Source: Candidatus Methanoperedens sp. (GTDB lineage: Archaea > Halobacteriota > Methanosarcinia > Methanosarcinales > Methanoperedenaceae). Taken from it: a stretch of 32,000 nucleotides of DNA. Where the stretch lies: contig JBGQBI010000002.1 of the NCBI GenBank assembly GCA_041494705.1, forward strand, positions 416,501 through 448,500. The letters run 5' to 3'. The position numbers and the translations under genes are program-made. The notes under the pieces are model-generated. The model saw only the letters and a program-made list of their open reading frames with translations, searched no databases and was not told the origin of the DNA. This document shows positions 31,682 through 32,000 of the stretch, piece by piece (within the stretch, counting starts at the first letter, position 1; the number at the start of each line of letters is the position of its first letter).

Positions 31682-32000
31682 CTACGCCGTGGAAAGGGCT
31701 TTTGCGATAGCCGCGATCTGCGTCGAAGTCAGGGAGATGGATTTCATTTTGGAAACTGAACTGATGGCACTCGTAATATCGCTGACCGACTTTTTCTTCA
31801 CATCGGAAGACGCCAGGAGATGATGGCAGCTTGAGCAGTAGCTGGCGTAAAGTGACGCCCCATCCGTAGGTATCGGAGGTAGGGCGGCTGCAATAGCCTG
31901 GATCTGAGCCGAACTCAGGGAGGTCAGGGAAGAGAGGGAACTCATGGCAGAAACTGAACCGATGGCATTCGTAATCTGCGTCGCCGTTCTTCCGGGCTTG
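31682..32000 (-). CDS. c-type cytochrome with repeated Ser/Ala-rich modules (C-terminal part; 5' end outside the window)
   Basis: Has a CSSCH haem motif. The frame stays open upstream of the track's Met through position 32000 (..KPGRTATQITNAIGSVSAMSSL..). An internal repeat, (TATQITNAIGSVSAMSSLSSLTSLSSAQIQAIAAAL versus VSDITSAISSVSKMKSISLTSTQIAAIAKAL), indicates a multi-module protein. Confidence 0.7.
   Translation of the reverse strand, partial: KPGRTATQITNAIGSVSAMSSLSSLTSLSSAQIQAIAAALPPIPTDGASLYASYCSSCHHLLASSDVKKKSVSDITSAISSVSKMKSISLTSTQIAAIAKALSTA

Overview
This window looks like a chromosomal segment from a euryarchaeote, probably Methanosarcinales/ANME-like; the lineage is inferred and not verifiable here. 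Supporting markers are ribosomal protein S17e, a stand-alone GMP synthase subunit B, an intron-containing tRNA-Trp, DapL-type lysine biosynthesis and membrane multihaem cytochromes. About 40 genes are mostly housekeeping (tgt/queA, ftsZ paralog, guaA-B, argH, dapA/dapB/dapL, surE, trmI, polyprenyl synthase, two radical SAM proteins, an RHH-MazF pair and a cytochrome c cluster). Two tRNA genes are present: tRNA-Arg(TCG), and tRNA-Trp(CCA) with a 142-nt intron encoding a box C/D guide RNA. There are two low-GC islets, at about 2.9-5.1 kb and 22.05-22.8 kb. No CRISPR array, transposase or integrase was seen. The most unusual signal is a family of mosaic palindromic hairpin modules in four copies. 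They fill the spacers around argH, dapA, dapB and dapL, and place the start codons of argH, dapA and dapB inside a CAUAAAG...CUUUAUG hairpin. Compensatory substitutions and one strand-specific G.U substitution argue for selection on RNA structure. Other notable items are an FtsZ paralog with its own C-terminal transmembrane anchor, a bacterial-type queuosine module in an archaeal context, and a 9-bp-periodic heptamer palindrome between convergent genes.
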